From positions 1 to 42,089 of the IMG/VR virus record IMGVR_UViG_3300048574_000397: DNA of 42,089 nucleotides. One strand, written 5' to 3'. Source of the DNA: a virus (lineage: Duplodnaviria; Caudoviricetes). The notes under the pieces are model-generated. The model worked only from the letters and a program-made list of their open reading frames with translations, was not told the origin of the DNA and did no database searches. Shown one piece after another: positions 26,782 to 35,350 of this stretch (position 1 is its first letter; each line of letters opens with the position of its first letter). The position numbers were made by a program, and so were the translations under genes.

Positions 26782-28434
26782 TCAGAACCCGACCAGGCGG
26801 CCGGCCTTGGCGTGGCGGTGTCGGAGGGCGCCCTCGCCGAGGACGCGCTCACGCGCCATGCGGGCGAGGATGAGCGCCGCGAGAGCGTCGACCTTGCGAG
26901 GGCTCTCGCGGGACTCCTTGCCGAAGCCGATGCCGTAGCGGTTCGGGCGCCGGCGCGCGTTCTCGATGTGGCGGACGAGCGCTTCGAGCCCGTCGCGGCC
27001 GTCGTCGAGGCGGTGCGGGATGAGGGGCAACTCGCGGTCGACGATGGCCCGATGCACGGCCTCCGTCGCGCGGACGGTGTCGGCCTGGTGCTGGCGCATG
27101 TCCCACGCGACGGCGTGCCGCATGGTCGCCTTGACGAGCAGACGCTCGCCGTACTCGGCGCGCCAGTGGTCGACGTCGGTGTCCCACTCGGCTACGTCCG
27201 AGAACATGGCGACGACGTCGTAGACGTCGAAGACATTGTCGACGACGCCGCGGACGACTTCCTTGTCCACCTGCCAGCCGGAGCCGGCGGGGCCTTCGGG
27301 CTTTTCCCAGAGGCCGAGGATGAACGGAGCACCGTCGGAGACGCGGACGCCGACGAGAGCGGTCGAGTCGTCGGTCAGGGAGCCATCGAAGCCGAGGGCG
27401 AGCGTGTCGCCGGGCATGAGCGGGGTGCCGTCGGCCTTGCGGTTGCGGTCGACCTCGTGTGGGGCGACCCAGGCGTCCGCGGCGGCGACGACTTGGTTGA
27501 GGTAGAACCGGCGCGCTTCCTCGCGGGACGTGTTCGGGTCGTTGATCTCGGCGACGATGCGGTCGAGGTCGACCCAGGTCGAATCGCCGTAGACGCCGAG
27601 CAGAGCCTCACGGAGGGCTGCCTCGTCGTCGAGCGCGATCTCGCCGGGGGCCTCGACGGAGTCGTAGAGGAGATCGGTGGCCGACGCGCGGCCGTCGCGT
27701 TGGGCGCGATAGGCGTCGAACGACTCCTCGGCGACCGTGTGTTGTCCGGGCTCGTGGGCGTTGGTCGTCTCGATGCTGCGGGCGGTGCCGCCGGTGCGCT
27801 TGGCGAGGTTGCGGCGGATGACCTTGGCGAGGGCTGCCCCGCCGTTGGTCTTCGTCCACCAATGCGTCTCGTCGAGGATGGCGAAGGTCGGGCGCGCGCC
27901 TTCCTGGGTGGCGCTCGACGCCGTGATCGGGAGGAGTTTGCCCCCACCGGGGAGCAGGATGCGCGTAAGGCCGATGTCGAGGCCGTAGAGGTCGACGAGG
28001 TCGCTGTCCTCGGCCATCGCGCGCGCAGCCGACATCGTGAACTCGGTCTGTGCCTCGCTGACGCCGGCGACGACCACCCAGGGCATCGGCTCCTCGACGC
28101 CGATGGGCTCGCCGTCCTCGTCCCAGCCGCCGAAGCGGACGGGGCCACACAACTCGGCGAGGGCGAGCGCCGCGAGGAACGGGGACTTACCCCAGCCCTT
28201 CGAGCGGCGCAGGACGGCGCGACGGTAGGTGAAGCGGCCGGTGACGTCGACCGCGTACCACCACAAGAGGAAATTGAGTTGCTCGCGGGTGAGGCGGAAG
28301 GGGTCGCCAGCGTGCTCGCCGTCGGGCTGTAGGAGATGAGCCTCGATCCACGCGGCCACGCCCCAACCGAGGGTCTTGACGGAGCCATCGAGAGGGAAGT
28401 CGGGGACGGTGCGGATGGGCTCGCGGCGGGTCAC
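26782..28434 (-). CDS. terL: Terminase large subunit
   Basis: Walker A RSKGWGKS, Walker B ILDETH, TTNA, RRFYLNQ, nuclease GFDGS..DDSTAL, KVDA. Confidence 0.95.
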   Translation of the reverse strand: MTRREPIRTVPDFPLDGSVKTLGWGVAAWIEAHLLQPDGEHAGDPFRLTREQLNFLLWWYAVDVTGRFTYRRAVLRRSKGWGKSPFLAALALAELCGPVRFGGWDEDGEPIGVEEPMPWVVVAGVSEAQTEFTMSAARAMAEDSDLVDLYGLDIGLTRILLPGGGKLLPITASSATQEGARPTFAILDETHWWTKTNGGAALAKVIRRNLAKRTGGTARSIETTNAHEPGQHTVAEESFDAYRAQRDGRASATDLLYDSVEAPGEIALDDEAALREALLGVYGDSTWVDLDRIVAEINDPNTSREEARRFYLNQVVAAADAWVAPHEVDRNRKADGTPLMPGDTLALGFDGSLTDDSTALVGVRVSDGAPFILGLWEKPEGPAGSGWQVDKEVVRGVVDNVFDVYDVVAMFSDVAEWDTDVDHWRAEYGERLLVKATMRHAVAWDMRQHQADTVRATEAVHRAIVDRELPLIPHRLDDGRDGLEALVRHIENARRRPNRYGIGFGKESRESPRKVDALAALILARMARERVLGEGALRHRHAKAGRLVGF

Positions 28435-28880
28435 GCCGGGCGCCCGGCCATGCGGGCGCGGAGGTCTTCGGTGCCGGTGGCGCCGGCCGGAGTGTCGCCG
28501 TTCGACGACGCGCCAACAGCGACGCGCATGCGTCGGCGGTCGCCGAAGGTCGCGCCGAGTGCCGACTCGGTCAGCCGGACCTCAGTTGCAGCCGCCGCGG
28601 TGGCGGTGCCACGCGAGATCGTGTCGACGAGCGGCGCGATGCGCGCCAGCGTCGTCCAGTCGGTCGGCTCGAAGTCGCGCGCCCAGGGGACGCGGCGCCA
28701 CGCCTCCCACCACTCGACGGTGGCGGGGTGGAACTCGCTGGCGGCGCGGTGGGTTGCCTCGGGGAGTGACGGGCCGTAGACGGAGCCGTCGCGCTCGTAG
28801 GTGGTGAACTCGCGCTGACGCCGGCGCTCGTCGCGCTCGCGCTGACGGTGGGCCTTGGGGAGAGGTCCGCGTCCTGCCAT
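28431..28880 (-). CDS. terS: Terminase small subunit
   Basis: MAGRGP.PK...WW..W...DW...E.RL....LGAT..DR.R; overlaps the terL start. Confidence 0.85.
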   Translation of the reverse strand: MAGRGPLPKAHRQRERDERRRQREFTTYERDGSVYGPSLPEATHRAASEFHPATVEWWEAWRRVPWARDFEPTDWTTLARIAPLVDTISRGTATAAAATEVRLTESALGATFGDRRRMRVAVGASSNGDTPAGATGTEDLRARMAGRPA

Positions 28881-28899
28881 GTCGCAGCCCTCCCTAAAT

Positions 28900-29075
28900 A
28901 GAAATAGGACCCTCGCATTTGCGATAGGCCCTAAACGGTCTGCTGAGTCGGTATTGATTCGATGCCGGGGGTCAAAGCCTCAGACTCGCGCGCGCCGGCT
29001 CTTGCTATGTCGCTCCGGTGTCGGGGCGGTGGGAGCGAGAGCCACGCCCCACCCCAACCGCGTCGCTGCGTCGTC
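28900..29075. other. Probable cos/packaging-end region
   Basis: Non-coding gap between HNH and terS, the usual cos position in cos phages of this architecture. The exact overhang cannot be identified from sequence alone. Confidence 0.4.
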
Positions 29076-29080
29076 GCAGG

Positions 29081-29374
29081 TCAGCGCGCTTCGGGCTCGC
29101 GGAACCGGCCTGGTCGAGGATGCGACTTACGTGCCTCAGCACCTTCGTTGCTCGACTTGCGAGCATGATGCCAGGCACAGAGGGCTTGGAGGTTGGCCTC
29201 GTCGTGGTTGTCGCCAGCGACGACGTGATCTACCTGATTCGCAGGTCGACCACAGACTGTTCCCATCGAGTCGCGCCACTCGCATCGGTACTGCGCTCGG
29301 CGCAGGACTCGGAGGCGACGTGCCTGCCAGTCGCGGGGCAGACGACTCCGTCGGTCGCTCGTTTCCCAACCCAT
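29081..29374 (-). CDS. HNH endonuclease (packaging-associated)
   Basis: RC.W.....C...A.QVDH....D.H...NLQALC..HH..KS. Confidence 0.9.
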   Translation of the reverse strand: MGWETSDRRSRLPRDWQARRLRVLRRAQYRCEWRDSMGTVCGRPANQVDHVVAGDNHDEANLQALCAWHHARKSSNEGAEARKSHPRPGRFREPEAR

Positions 29375-29729
29375 CGAAGCGACCACCTACCTAGATACGT
29401 CAGGGCCGGGCGTCTCGACGTCGGAGCGCGGGAGAGGGCACGCTCAACAACGGAGAGCCCGGCCTTGCCTGGGTGGGGGTGCGTCATCGTACCGGGGGCG
29501 CTCTTGCCGAAATGCAAGGCCCGGACCACCCAGGGGGCAGGTTGTCGCTGGCGCGCCGGGGAGGAGCGCGCGGTCAGTGGGACATCCCTGCCATGAAGTG
29601 CCACCGTGCCCGCCGCCCTGGGCGGGCGCAGCGCGCTCGGCACGGTGGCCCGCCGAGCGGTCCTCGCGCATCGGCTAGGACGCGCCGACTGCGGGGCAGA
29701 CGGCCGAGCGCTCGACCATCTCTGTTGCG

Positions 29730-29804
29730 TACCGACGGCGGGAGTCGAACCCAGCGCTCGTGCCTTGAGGGGGCACCGTGCTTGCACCGCTACACCACGT
29801 CGGC
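29730..29804 (-). tRNA. tRNA-Glu(CTC), atypical
   Basis: Acceptor GCCGACG/CGTCGGT; anticodon stem GTGCC/GGCAC with loop CCCTCAA; T loop TTCGACT with a bulged T stem. Confidence 0.7.
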
Positions 29805-29863
29805 TCGATGTCCTTGGCTTGACGCTCGGCGTTGCCGGTGGCGCGTCAGCGGCCAAGGACTCG

Positions 29864-29953
29864 CGGAAGGGGCGGGGGTCGAACCCGCACGCCCCGTTAG
29901 GGGCAGGCCGCTTTCGGGGCGGTTGTCGGCGCCGTCTCTCGACTGGCCCTTCC
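29864..29953 (-). tRNA. tRNA-Ser(CGA), atypical, long variable arm
   Basis: Acceptor GGAAGGG/CCCTTCC with G discriminator; loop CCCGAAA; variable arm GCCCC-TAAC-GGGGC; T arm GCGGG-TTCGACC-CCCGC. Confidence 0.75.
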
Positions 29954-29957
29954 TCAG

Positions 29958-30029
29958 TTGCGGAGTCGGGACTCGAACCCGAAGCGCCCGGCTTATGAGG
30001 CCGGCATGCTGCCGTTGCACCACTCCGCA
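29958..30029 (-). tRNA. tRNA with CAT anticodon (Met; Ile2 not excluded)
   Basis: Acceptor TGCGGAG/CTCCGCA; anticodon arm CCGGC-CTCATAA-GCCGG; T arm TCGGG-TTCGAGT-CCCGA. No encoded CCA. Confidence 0.85.
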
Positions 30030-30352
30030 CACGTCCTCGCCGCGAGCGCCGCCGTCAGTGGCGGCCAGACTCCGCGAGGTCTGCCAGGGGGCCGCGCCCG
30101 GAGCGCCTTGCCAATCGGCGACGAGCGGCGGCAGAGCGACAAGGGATGACCCTGGCAGGTCGGGCCGGCGCAGTCTCGCGGTCGACGAGGCGCCCTAGGA
30201 ACCGGCCCGGAATAGCGAGGCCCCGTCTGTAGGCCAGAGGCCCAGAGCGGGGCGGGAAGTGCCTACACCGTCGGTGGCGACGGGTCAGCGCTTAGGGGCT
30301 TGCATAGGTAGTAGCCGCTCCCATGTTGCCCTAGAAACCCTGGTCAGAGGGC

Positions 30353-30391
30353 AAAAGGAAGGCCCCGTCCAGGGGGTAGAGACGGGGCCTT
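30353..30391 (-). terminator. Intrinsic terminator
   Basis: 11-bp inverted repeat AAGGCCCCGTC/GACGGGGCCTT followed by CCTTTT on the minus strand. Confidence 0.65.
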
Positions 30392-30403
30392 ACGTCGACC
30401 AGG

Positions 30404-30667
30404 CTAGCGCGCGACGGCCGGGCGAGATGGGGGAATCGGACGCCGATCTCTGGCGTGCATCTCGGGAAACGGGCCGCCCTGGGCGCGGATCACACCGACC
30501 TCGTCGAACGTCTCGCCGGGAAGCGTCAGCGCCGGGCGGATGGCCGAGTCGACGGCTCGGTGGGCGGTCGCGGCGTCGTGCGGGCCGTCGGCACGCATGA
30601 TGCGGTGCGTCACCCGGTCGCGCGAGACGGCGTACCACGCGACGGCGTCGGTCTTGGGATAGGCCAT
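30404..30667 (-). CDS. Hypothetical protein
   Basis: ATG after GAGGAG; phage-like codon usage. Confidence 0.65.
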   Translation of the reverse strand: MAYPKTDAVAWYAVSRDRVTHRIMRADGPHDAATAHRAVDSAIRPALTLPGETFDEVGVIRAQGGPFPEMHARDRRPIPPSRPAVAR

Positions 30668-30707
30668 CGCTGCTCCTCAGTGAGGCGTCTTACGGTCGAA
30701 GGGGCGC

Positions 30708-31307
30708 TTACTCGACTTCGACCATTCGACGCTTGTGGCACGGGCACAACGGGGCGCCGTACTGCGTGAGCCACGTCCGGGTGATGCGGACCTTGTAGCC
30801 GCTGCCCTCGATGCACTCGACCTTGAGCATCCGCGTCCCTTGCTTCCGCGGGCCGTCGGCGCCCTCGACCTCAGCGGACAGGGCCGCGTGGGGGTACGGG
30901 CCGAGCGAGGCGGCGATGCCGAGGAGCCGGAGTGCGAGCGCGTCGCCGGCGTGCGTCGCCGTCGCCGGGCCTTCGAGTCCGATGCGGCGAGCGACCTTGA
31001 CGAACCGGCCGCGGTGACCGTGCTGGCAGTCGTCGAGGGCGTGGATCAGTTCGTGGGTCAGGACCGCGAGGACCGTCGGCGCGTCGTCGAGCACGGGGGA
31101 GATGAAGACCTGCGAGACGCCGTCGGCGGCGTGGTCGGAGCGCCAGCATTGGCCGATGACGGCCGACTTGGGGCCTCGGCCGCCGGGCCAGCCTACGGAG
31201 ACGCGCACCGCGGGGACCGTCTCGTCGATCTCGGCGAAGAGCGGGCGCAGCGCGTCGATGGCGGCGACGAGCCACTCCTCACGAGTGGCGTAGGGCTTGC
31301 GGGTCAT
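30708..31307 (-). CDS. SprT-like metalloprotease
   Basis: HELIH zinc motif, HGH.G.F, C-terminal C...GY..R...W....G.PLCP. Confidence 0.85.
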   Translation of the reverse strand: MTRKPYATREEWLVAAIDALRPLFAEIDETVPAVRVSVGWPGGRGPKSAVIGQCWRSDHAADGVSQVFISPVLDDAPTVLAVLTHELIHALDDCQHGHRGRFVKVARRIGLEGPATATHAGDALALRLLGIAASLGPYPHAALSAEVEGADGPRKQGTRMLKVECIEGSGYKVRITRTWLTQYGAPLCPCHKRRMVEVE

Positions 31308-31336
31308 GGTGGGCCTCCTCGGTGCGTGTAAACGCC

Positions 31337-31369
31337 AGAGTAGTTACGTGAGGCGTCTTACGCAAGACG
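31337..31369 (-). promoter_or_regulatory. SigA-like promoter overlapped by an operator-like palindrome
   Basis: Minus strand TTGCGT-N17-TACTCT (31365-31337); palindrome CGTCTT-ACGC-AAGACG at 31354-31369 covers the -35 box. Confidence 0.6.
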
Positions 31370-31522
31370 TCAAGCCCTGCGGCTTGTGTGGCGATGAGCA
31401 AGGCGCAGGGCTTGAGGGGCGTGGTCGTGCTCGGCACACGAGCACACCCAGCCGTCGCCGCCGGGGTGACAGTGGGAATGGTCGCCGGTCAGGCACCATC
31501 CGCAAGGCGCGTGGGAGGTCAT
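31370..31522 (-). CDS. Small Cys/His-rich protein (50 aa)
   Basis: Manual translation MTSHAPCGWCLTGDHSHCHPGGDGWVCSCAEHDH...; ATGA overlap with the upstream gene. Confidence 0.55.
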   Translation of the reverse strand: MTSHAPCGWCLTGDHSHCHPGGDGWVCSCAEHDHAPQALRLAHRHTSRRA

Positions 31523-31650
31523 CGGAGACTCAGCCGGTGCTCGGATTCGGGCTCGCCGCAGTAGGTGGCGTCGGTGCCGTCAGCGCGGTACGTACATTCG
31601 TCGTCGTCCGGGTGCCCGGCGACCGGCAGGAAGGCGTGGTCGACGATCAT
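31519..31650 (-). CDS. Small hypothetical protein (43 aa)
   Basis: Manual translation MIVDHAFLPVAGHPDDDECTY...YCGEPESEH; GC3-rich codons. Confidence 0.55.
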   Translation of the reverse strand: MIVDHAFLPVAGHPDDDECTYRADGTDATYCGEPESEHRLSLR

Positions 31651-31659
31651 GCGGGCCGC

Positions 31660-32217
31660 TCAGAGTGTCGAGAGGCGACCGTCGAGGCCGCGGTAGATCG
31701 AGCCGTCTGAGATGAGGCGCCAGTAGACGCCTCGGACGTCGGCGCCGGGGTGCCGGGCCGAAACGACGGGCAGCACGGTCGACGGGCGCGGGTTGGCCTC
31801 GGCGTTGATCGTCCTGAGGAGGTCTTGGACGATCTCGCCGTCTTCGTCGACCGACGAGTAGCGCCGGTCGGTGCCGGGGACCTTGGCGTCGCCTGGGCGG
31901 ACGTCGAGCGGGTCTTCGGCGTAGTGGACGATGGACCGGAGGCGCGCCTCGACGATGGAGAGCGTCGCCGAGCGACGGAAGCCCTCGGTGTCGTCGAGGT
32001 CGTGGAGGAGCATCTCGATCCCGCGGCGGTAGGTCGCGGCGCGCTCCTCGGCACGGGCGAGCGTCTCTTGGGCGAGCGCGAGCGCCCGGTCGTTCGCGGC
32101 GACGGCCCGGTCGACGACGTCGTTGAGGTCAGCGGTCAGGCGAACGAGCGGCGCGAGGTCGGCCTCGTCGGTGTGAAGCGTCAGCGTGACCGGGACGCTA
32201 CGGGGAGAGCGGGCCAT
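31660..32217 (-). CDS. Hypothetical protein, possible C-terminal winged helix
   Basis: ATG at 32217 (MARSPRSV); coiled-coil N-terminal half. Confidence 0.6.
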   Translation of the reverse strand: MARSPRSVPVTLTLHTDEADLAPLVRLTADLNDVVDRAVAANDRALALAQETLARAEERAATYRRGIEMLLHDLDDTEGFRRSATLSIVEARLRSIVHYAEDPLDVRPGDAKVPGTDRRYSSVDEDGEIVQDLLRTINAEANPRPSTVLPVVSARHPGADVRGVYWRLISDGSIYRGLDGRLSTL

Positions 32218-32218
32218 G

Positions 32219-32617
32219 TCAGCGCCACTCCATCCGGGTCTTGCCAGTCGGCAGGAGCACCATCGTCCGCACGCCGGGCAGCGTCGGCGCCTCTCCGGTC
32301 TTGCGGCGGCGGTGAACGCCTTGGTGGTCGCCGGCGGCACGGTTGCGGCCGTGCGAGGCGTGCAGGTACTTGTCCTTTAGGCGGATCGGCACCGGCGGGA
32401 GGAGGAACGCCGCGCCGGCGACGGCGATGTGAACGCCGAGCCACATGAAGAGGACGCCGAGGGTGATGATCCACACCCAGCGGCCAGCCTTCGTTGCGGT
32501 GTGGAAGAGCCCGCGGAGGTTCTCGCTCAGGGTGTCACCCTTGCGCTTCGAGACGATGCCAAGCGTCTCGAAGACGACGAACCACGCGGCCCAGACGACC
32601 CAGGGCCACCACGTCAT
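32219..32617 (-). CDS. Membrane protein
   Basis: MTWWPWVVWAAWFVVFE...GDTLSE...R...W..HI; two TM segments. Confidence 0.65.
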   Translation of the reverse strand: MTWWPWVVWAAWFVVFETLGIVSKRKGDTLSENLRGLFHTATKAGRWVWIITLGVLFMWLGVHIAVAGAAFLLPPVPIRLKDKYLHASHGRNRAAGDHQGVHRRRKTGEAPTLPGVRTMVLLPTGKTRMEWR

Positions 32618-32865
32618 TTCTCTCGACCTTCCTCGATGGCAGCACGAGCGCGAGCGGCGCGGGTGCCCTTGCGGGACTTCGGGGTGTGCGGCGATGCCGC
32701 CGAGGAGCGGCGCAGTTGCCGCATGGCCTCGGCGTAGAGCGGGTTGGCAGCGTGGCGGCGCTGGGCGCGCGGGACGCCGTCGGCCTTGAGCCGCTCGTCG
32801 AGGGCCTTGCGGCCGGCGCGCTCGATGGAGCGGACGACAGGGCGGATGCCGGTGTCGCGGGTCAT
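32614..32865 (-). CDS. Small basic hypothetical protein
   Basis: ATGA overlaps on both sides; MTRDTGIRPVVR. Confidence 0.55.
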   Translation of the reverse strand: MTRDTGIRPVVRSIERAGRKALDERLKADGVPRAQRRHAANPLYAEAMRQLRRSSAASPHTPKSRKGTRAARARAAIEEGREK

Positions 32866-33143
32866 GGCTCGTCCTCGTCGTTGCCAACGCCGGCCCAGCG
32901 CTCGACGCCGACCCAGCGGCGCGGCGTGTGCGGCTGCTGCGGGCCGACGATGATGCGGAACAGCGGGGCACCGACCGGCCAGATGAGGGCGAGGACGACG
33001 AAGATGCCTAGGTCGACTGTGTCGATGCCGATGTGCGGCCACTGAGCGCATGCGCGGCGGACGAGCCACGCGAAGACCTCGCGCGCCGCCAGGACGTAGA
33101 AGAGTGCGGCGAGCGCGAGGACGTAGAACAGGAGCGGGGTCAT
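32862..33143 (-). CDS. Membrane protein
   Basis: Two hydrophobic segments; 4-bp overlaps with neighbours. Confidence 0.6.
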   Translation of the reverse strand: MTPLLFYVLALAALFYVLAAREVFAWLVRRACAQWPHIGIDTVDLGIFVVLALIWPVGAPLFRIIVGPQQPHTPRRWVGVERWAGVGNDEDEP

Positions 33144-33418
33144 CGCAGATGCCTCTCGTCGAGGAGCCGCTCGACGGCCGCGGAGATGTCGCGGACCAGG
33201 CGGTCGCGGTCAGCGGCCGTGCGGTACTCGGCGGTGATCTCCGGGTGGTCGCGGATCGAGAGCGGGACGGGGCCGTAGCCGATGGCGACCGTGATGGCGT
33301 GGGCGATCTCCTCGTCGGTCACCCCCGGCGGCGCCGTCTCGCCGGCGATCTGCCGGCGGGTCGACGAGATCATGTAGGCGATGGCGAGGAGGGCGAGGAC
33401 GACGTAGAGGCCGATCAT
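33140..33418 (-). CDS. Membrane-anchored hypothetical protein
   Basis: N-terminal TM; 4-bp overlaps. Confidence 0.6.
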   Translation of the reverse strand: MIGLYVVLALLAIAYMISSTRRQIAGETAPPGVTDEEIAHAITVAIGYGPVPLSIRDHPEITAEYRTAADRDRLVRDISAAVERLLDERHLR

Positions 33419-33672
33419 TCGAGGTCGAACTCCTCGACGATGGCCTCCCGCTCAAGGCGACCGAGGTCGCCGTCGCGGAGCATGGCCCACGTCGCCGGCC
33501 AGGACACGGGCCAGGCGGCGGCGTTCTCGACGAGCACGGCGACTAGGCCGGCAGTCGAGCCGAAGACGCGGCGGACCTGGCGCCAGGACCACACGAGCAT
33601 GACGGCGGCGCCGAGGAGGTAGATGGCAGCGACGCCCAGGGCGACGCCGGTGGCGAGGGAGGAAGGGCTCAC
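33415..33672 (-). CDS. Membrane protein
   Basis: Hydrophobic segments and WP motif; 4-bp overlaps. Confidence 0.6.
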   Translation of the reverse strand: MSPSSLATGVALGVAAIYLLGAAVMLVWSWRQVRRVFGSTAGLVAVLVENAAAWPVSWPATWAMLRDGDLGRLEREAIVEEFDLE

Positions 33673-33935
33673 GACGGGACTCCGGTGTTGTTGAGGAGGG
33701 CGCGCTCGTCGATCTCGACGGACCAGCCGGCGGCGCGGAGGGCGGACTCGTGCAGGGCGAAGTGGTGGGCGCAGAACGCGAGGACTACGGCTGGGTCTGC
33801 GTCGTCGGACATCACGACGTAGGCCCGCACGCCGCAGGCGTCGCAGCGGACGCGGAGGGTCTGCTCGTCGTCGGTGGCCGGCTGGGCGGCGCGCGACGAG
33901 CCGTAGCGGACGGGGATGCGAACGGAGACGGGCAT
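33669..33935 (-). CDS. Small zinc-binding hypothetical protein
   Basis: RCDACG.RAYV...L.FCAHH motif. Confidence 0.7.
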   Translation of the reverse strand: MPVSVRIPVRYGSSRAAQPATDDEQTLRVRCDACGVRAYVVMSDDADPAVVLAFCAHHFALHESALRAAGWSVEIDERALLNNTGVPS

Positions 33936-34029
33936 CGTCGTATTTGCCTCTCAGACGGCCTCGCGGCGGCGGGGCGGTGTGGTTGTAGCGGAGCGGTACG
34001 GAAATCGTCTTACGGAGGCGCGTGCGGCC

Positions 34030-34239
34030 TCAGGCGACCATTTCCGGGTGGCGGCGACGGGCGCGGGAGCCCAGGCCGCCGGCCGCGACCTTGAGGTCGT
34101 GCAGCGTGTCAGCCTCAGCGCGGCGCGCGGCCTTGCGAGCCTCGCCTCGGCGCCACGAGGCGGCGCGAGTGGCCTTGGCCCTCTCGTTCGTCGTGCGCTT
34201 CGGCAGGCCCTTCGGGACTCCCTTGCCCTGGCCGGTCAT
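34030..34239 (-). CDS. Small basic hypothetical protein
   Basis: ATG after GAGGAG. Confidence 0.55.
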   Translation of the reverse strand: MTGQGKGVPKGLPKRTTNERAKATRAASWRRGEARKAARRAEADTLHDLKVAAGGLGSRARRRHPEMVA

Positions 34240-34480
34240 CGGTGGTCACTCCTCGCTTGCAGTCGGGACAGGTGCCGACCGGGATCGAGCCGCGGCCGGC
34301 CTTCGGGTTGCGGACCCAGCGGCCCTCGTCTCGGTCGAAGACCGGCGCGAGGACGCGGACGACGACGCCGGGGAGCGGCCAGCGCGACCACACGGCGCCG
34401 CACGACGGGCACTCTTGGACACGGGCCGTCGGGTCGGTGCGGGGCTTCGGCGGCCGGACCTTGCGGCGTCGGTCAGGCAT
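34115..34480 (-). CDS. Zinc-ribbon hypothetical protein
   Basis: CPSCG...CPDC; the 3' part overlaps the next gene. Confidence 0.5.
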   Translation of the reverse strand: MPDRRRKVRPPKPRTDPTARVQECPSCGAVWSRWPLPGVVVRVLAPVFDRDEGRWVRNPKAGRGSIPVGTCPDCKRGVTTDDRPGQGSPEGPAEAHDEREGQGHSRRLVAPRRGSQGRAPR

Positions 34481-34769
34481 GGTCCGGGTAGTCCTTGTCG
34501 ATGGTCAGGACCGGCGTCGTGATGCGCCACTTGCCGTTGGCGAAGACGAGTTGGGCGCGCTGACCGACGACGATCTCCGGCTTGCGAGCGAGCGGAAGGA
34601 ACTCGGCGTCGGGGACCTCGACGTAGTCGATGCCCGGCGAGTAGGGGCCGTCGAGACGCGCGGCCTCGCCGTACTTGCCGCCGGAGCGGATGGCGTAGTG
34701 CGCGCCGCTCTCGGTGGTGAAGTGCTGCACGAACCGGGCGGGAGGCTCGGACGGGGAGCGCTTGGGCAT
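34473..34769 (-). CDS. Hypothetical protein
   Basis: MPKRSP..F.TESG..Y...TTPV; ATG after GAAAGG. Confidence 0.6.
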   Translation of the reverse strand: MPKRSPSEPPARFVQHFTTESGAHYAIRSGGKYGEAARLDGPYSPGIDYVEVPDAEFLPLARKPEIVVGQRAQLVFANGKWRITTPVLTIDKDYPDHA

Positions 34770-34771
34770 GG

Positions 34772-35116
34772 TCACACCAACCTTTCGAGGCGCCCGATGA
34801 CGGCGTTGAGCCGCACGAGCGTTTTGACGAACGGAGTGGAAGCCGACCGGACGAGATCGGCGCCGACGAGGGGCAGCGGCTTCCGAGCGCGGCGGCCGGT
34901 CAGGGCCGAGCGCAGGAACCAGGGCTCGCATCCCCACCACATGCCGCCGCGGTTGTCGGGCTCGATGATGGTGGTTCGGTACTGCGAGGCGATGACGCGC
35001 GCTTCGGTGCCAACGGCGGGGAAGTCTCGAACTGCCCGACGGGGCCGGGCGGCGACGATGACGACGTCGCCCGGTTCCCACGGGTAGAGGCGGGACTTGG
35101 CGTGACGGGCGCTCAC
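34772..35116 (-). CDS. Hypothetical protein (SH3/KOW-like N-terminus)
   Basis: EPGDVVIV motif; 4-bp overlap. Confidence 0.5.
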   Translation of the reverse strand: MSARHAKSRLYPWEPGDVVIVAARPRRAVRDFPAVGTEARVIASQYRTTIIEPDNRGGMWWGCEPWFLRSALTGRRARKPLPLVGADLVRSASTPFVKTLVRLNAVIGRLERLV

Positions 35117-35349
35117 GGCTCGGTCAGGGCGTCGAGTGCGCTGGCGTCGTAGACGTACTCGCCGAACGGGCCAGCGCCATCTAGCACGACGGCGATGTTG
35201 TTGCCGAGCGAGTCAGCGTCGTCGGTGTTGTTCGGGGTGGCGGTGACGGTTCCCGTCTTGCCCCACTGGTCGGACGGGACCTCGAAGCCGCCGTCGAACG
35301 TGGCACCGTCCTTGACGACGACCCGGTCGCCGACCTTGAGGTCGGCCAC
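35113..35349 (-). CDS. Small SH3/KOW-like protein
   Basis: LKVGDRVVV..GATF...G.TGTV. Confidence 0.65.
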   Translation of the reverse strand: MADLKVGDRVVVKDGATFDGGFEVPSDQWGKTGTVTATPNNTDDADSLGNNIAVVLDGAGPFGEYVYDASALDALTEP

Positions 35350-35350
35350 G

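Noticed and set aside
29730-29804. Opal suppressor / Sec tRNA (TCA in the loop)
   Set aside because: The 5-bp stem leaves a 7-nt loop centred on CTC; TCA is off-register and there is no long variable arm.
29230-30030. 266-aa minus ORF and other ORFs across the tRNA region
   Set aside because: They overlap three tRNA cloverleaves and lack phage-like codon usage.
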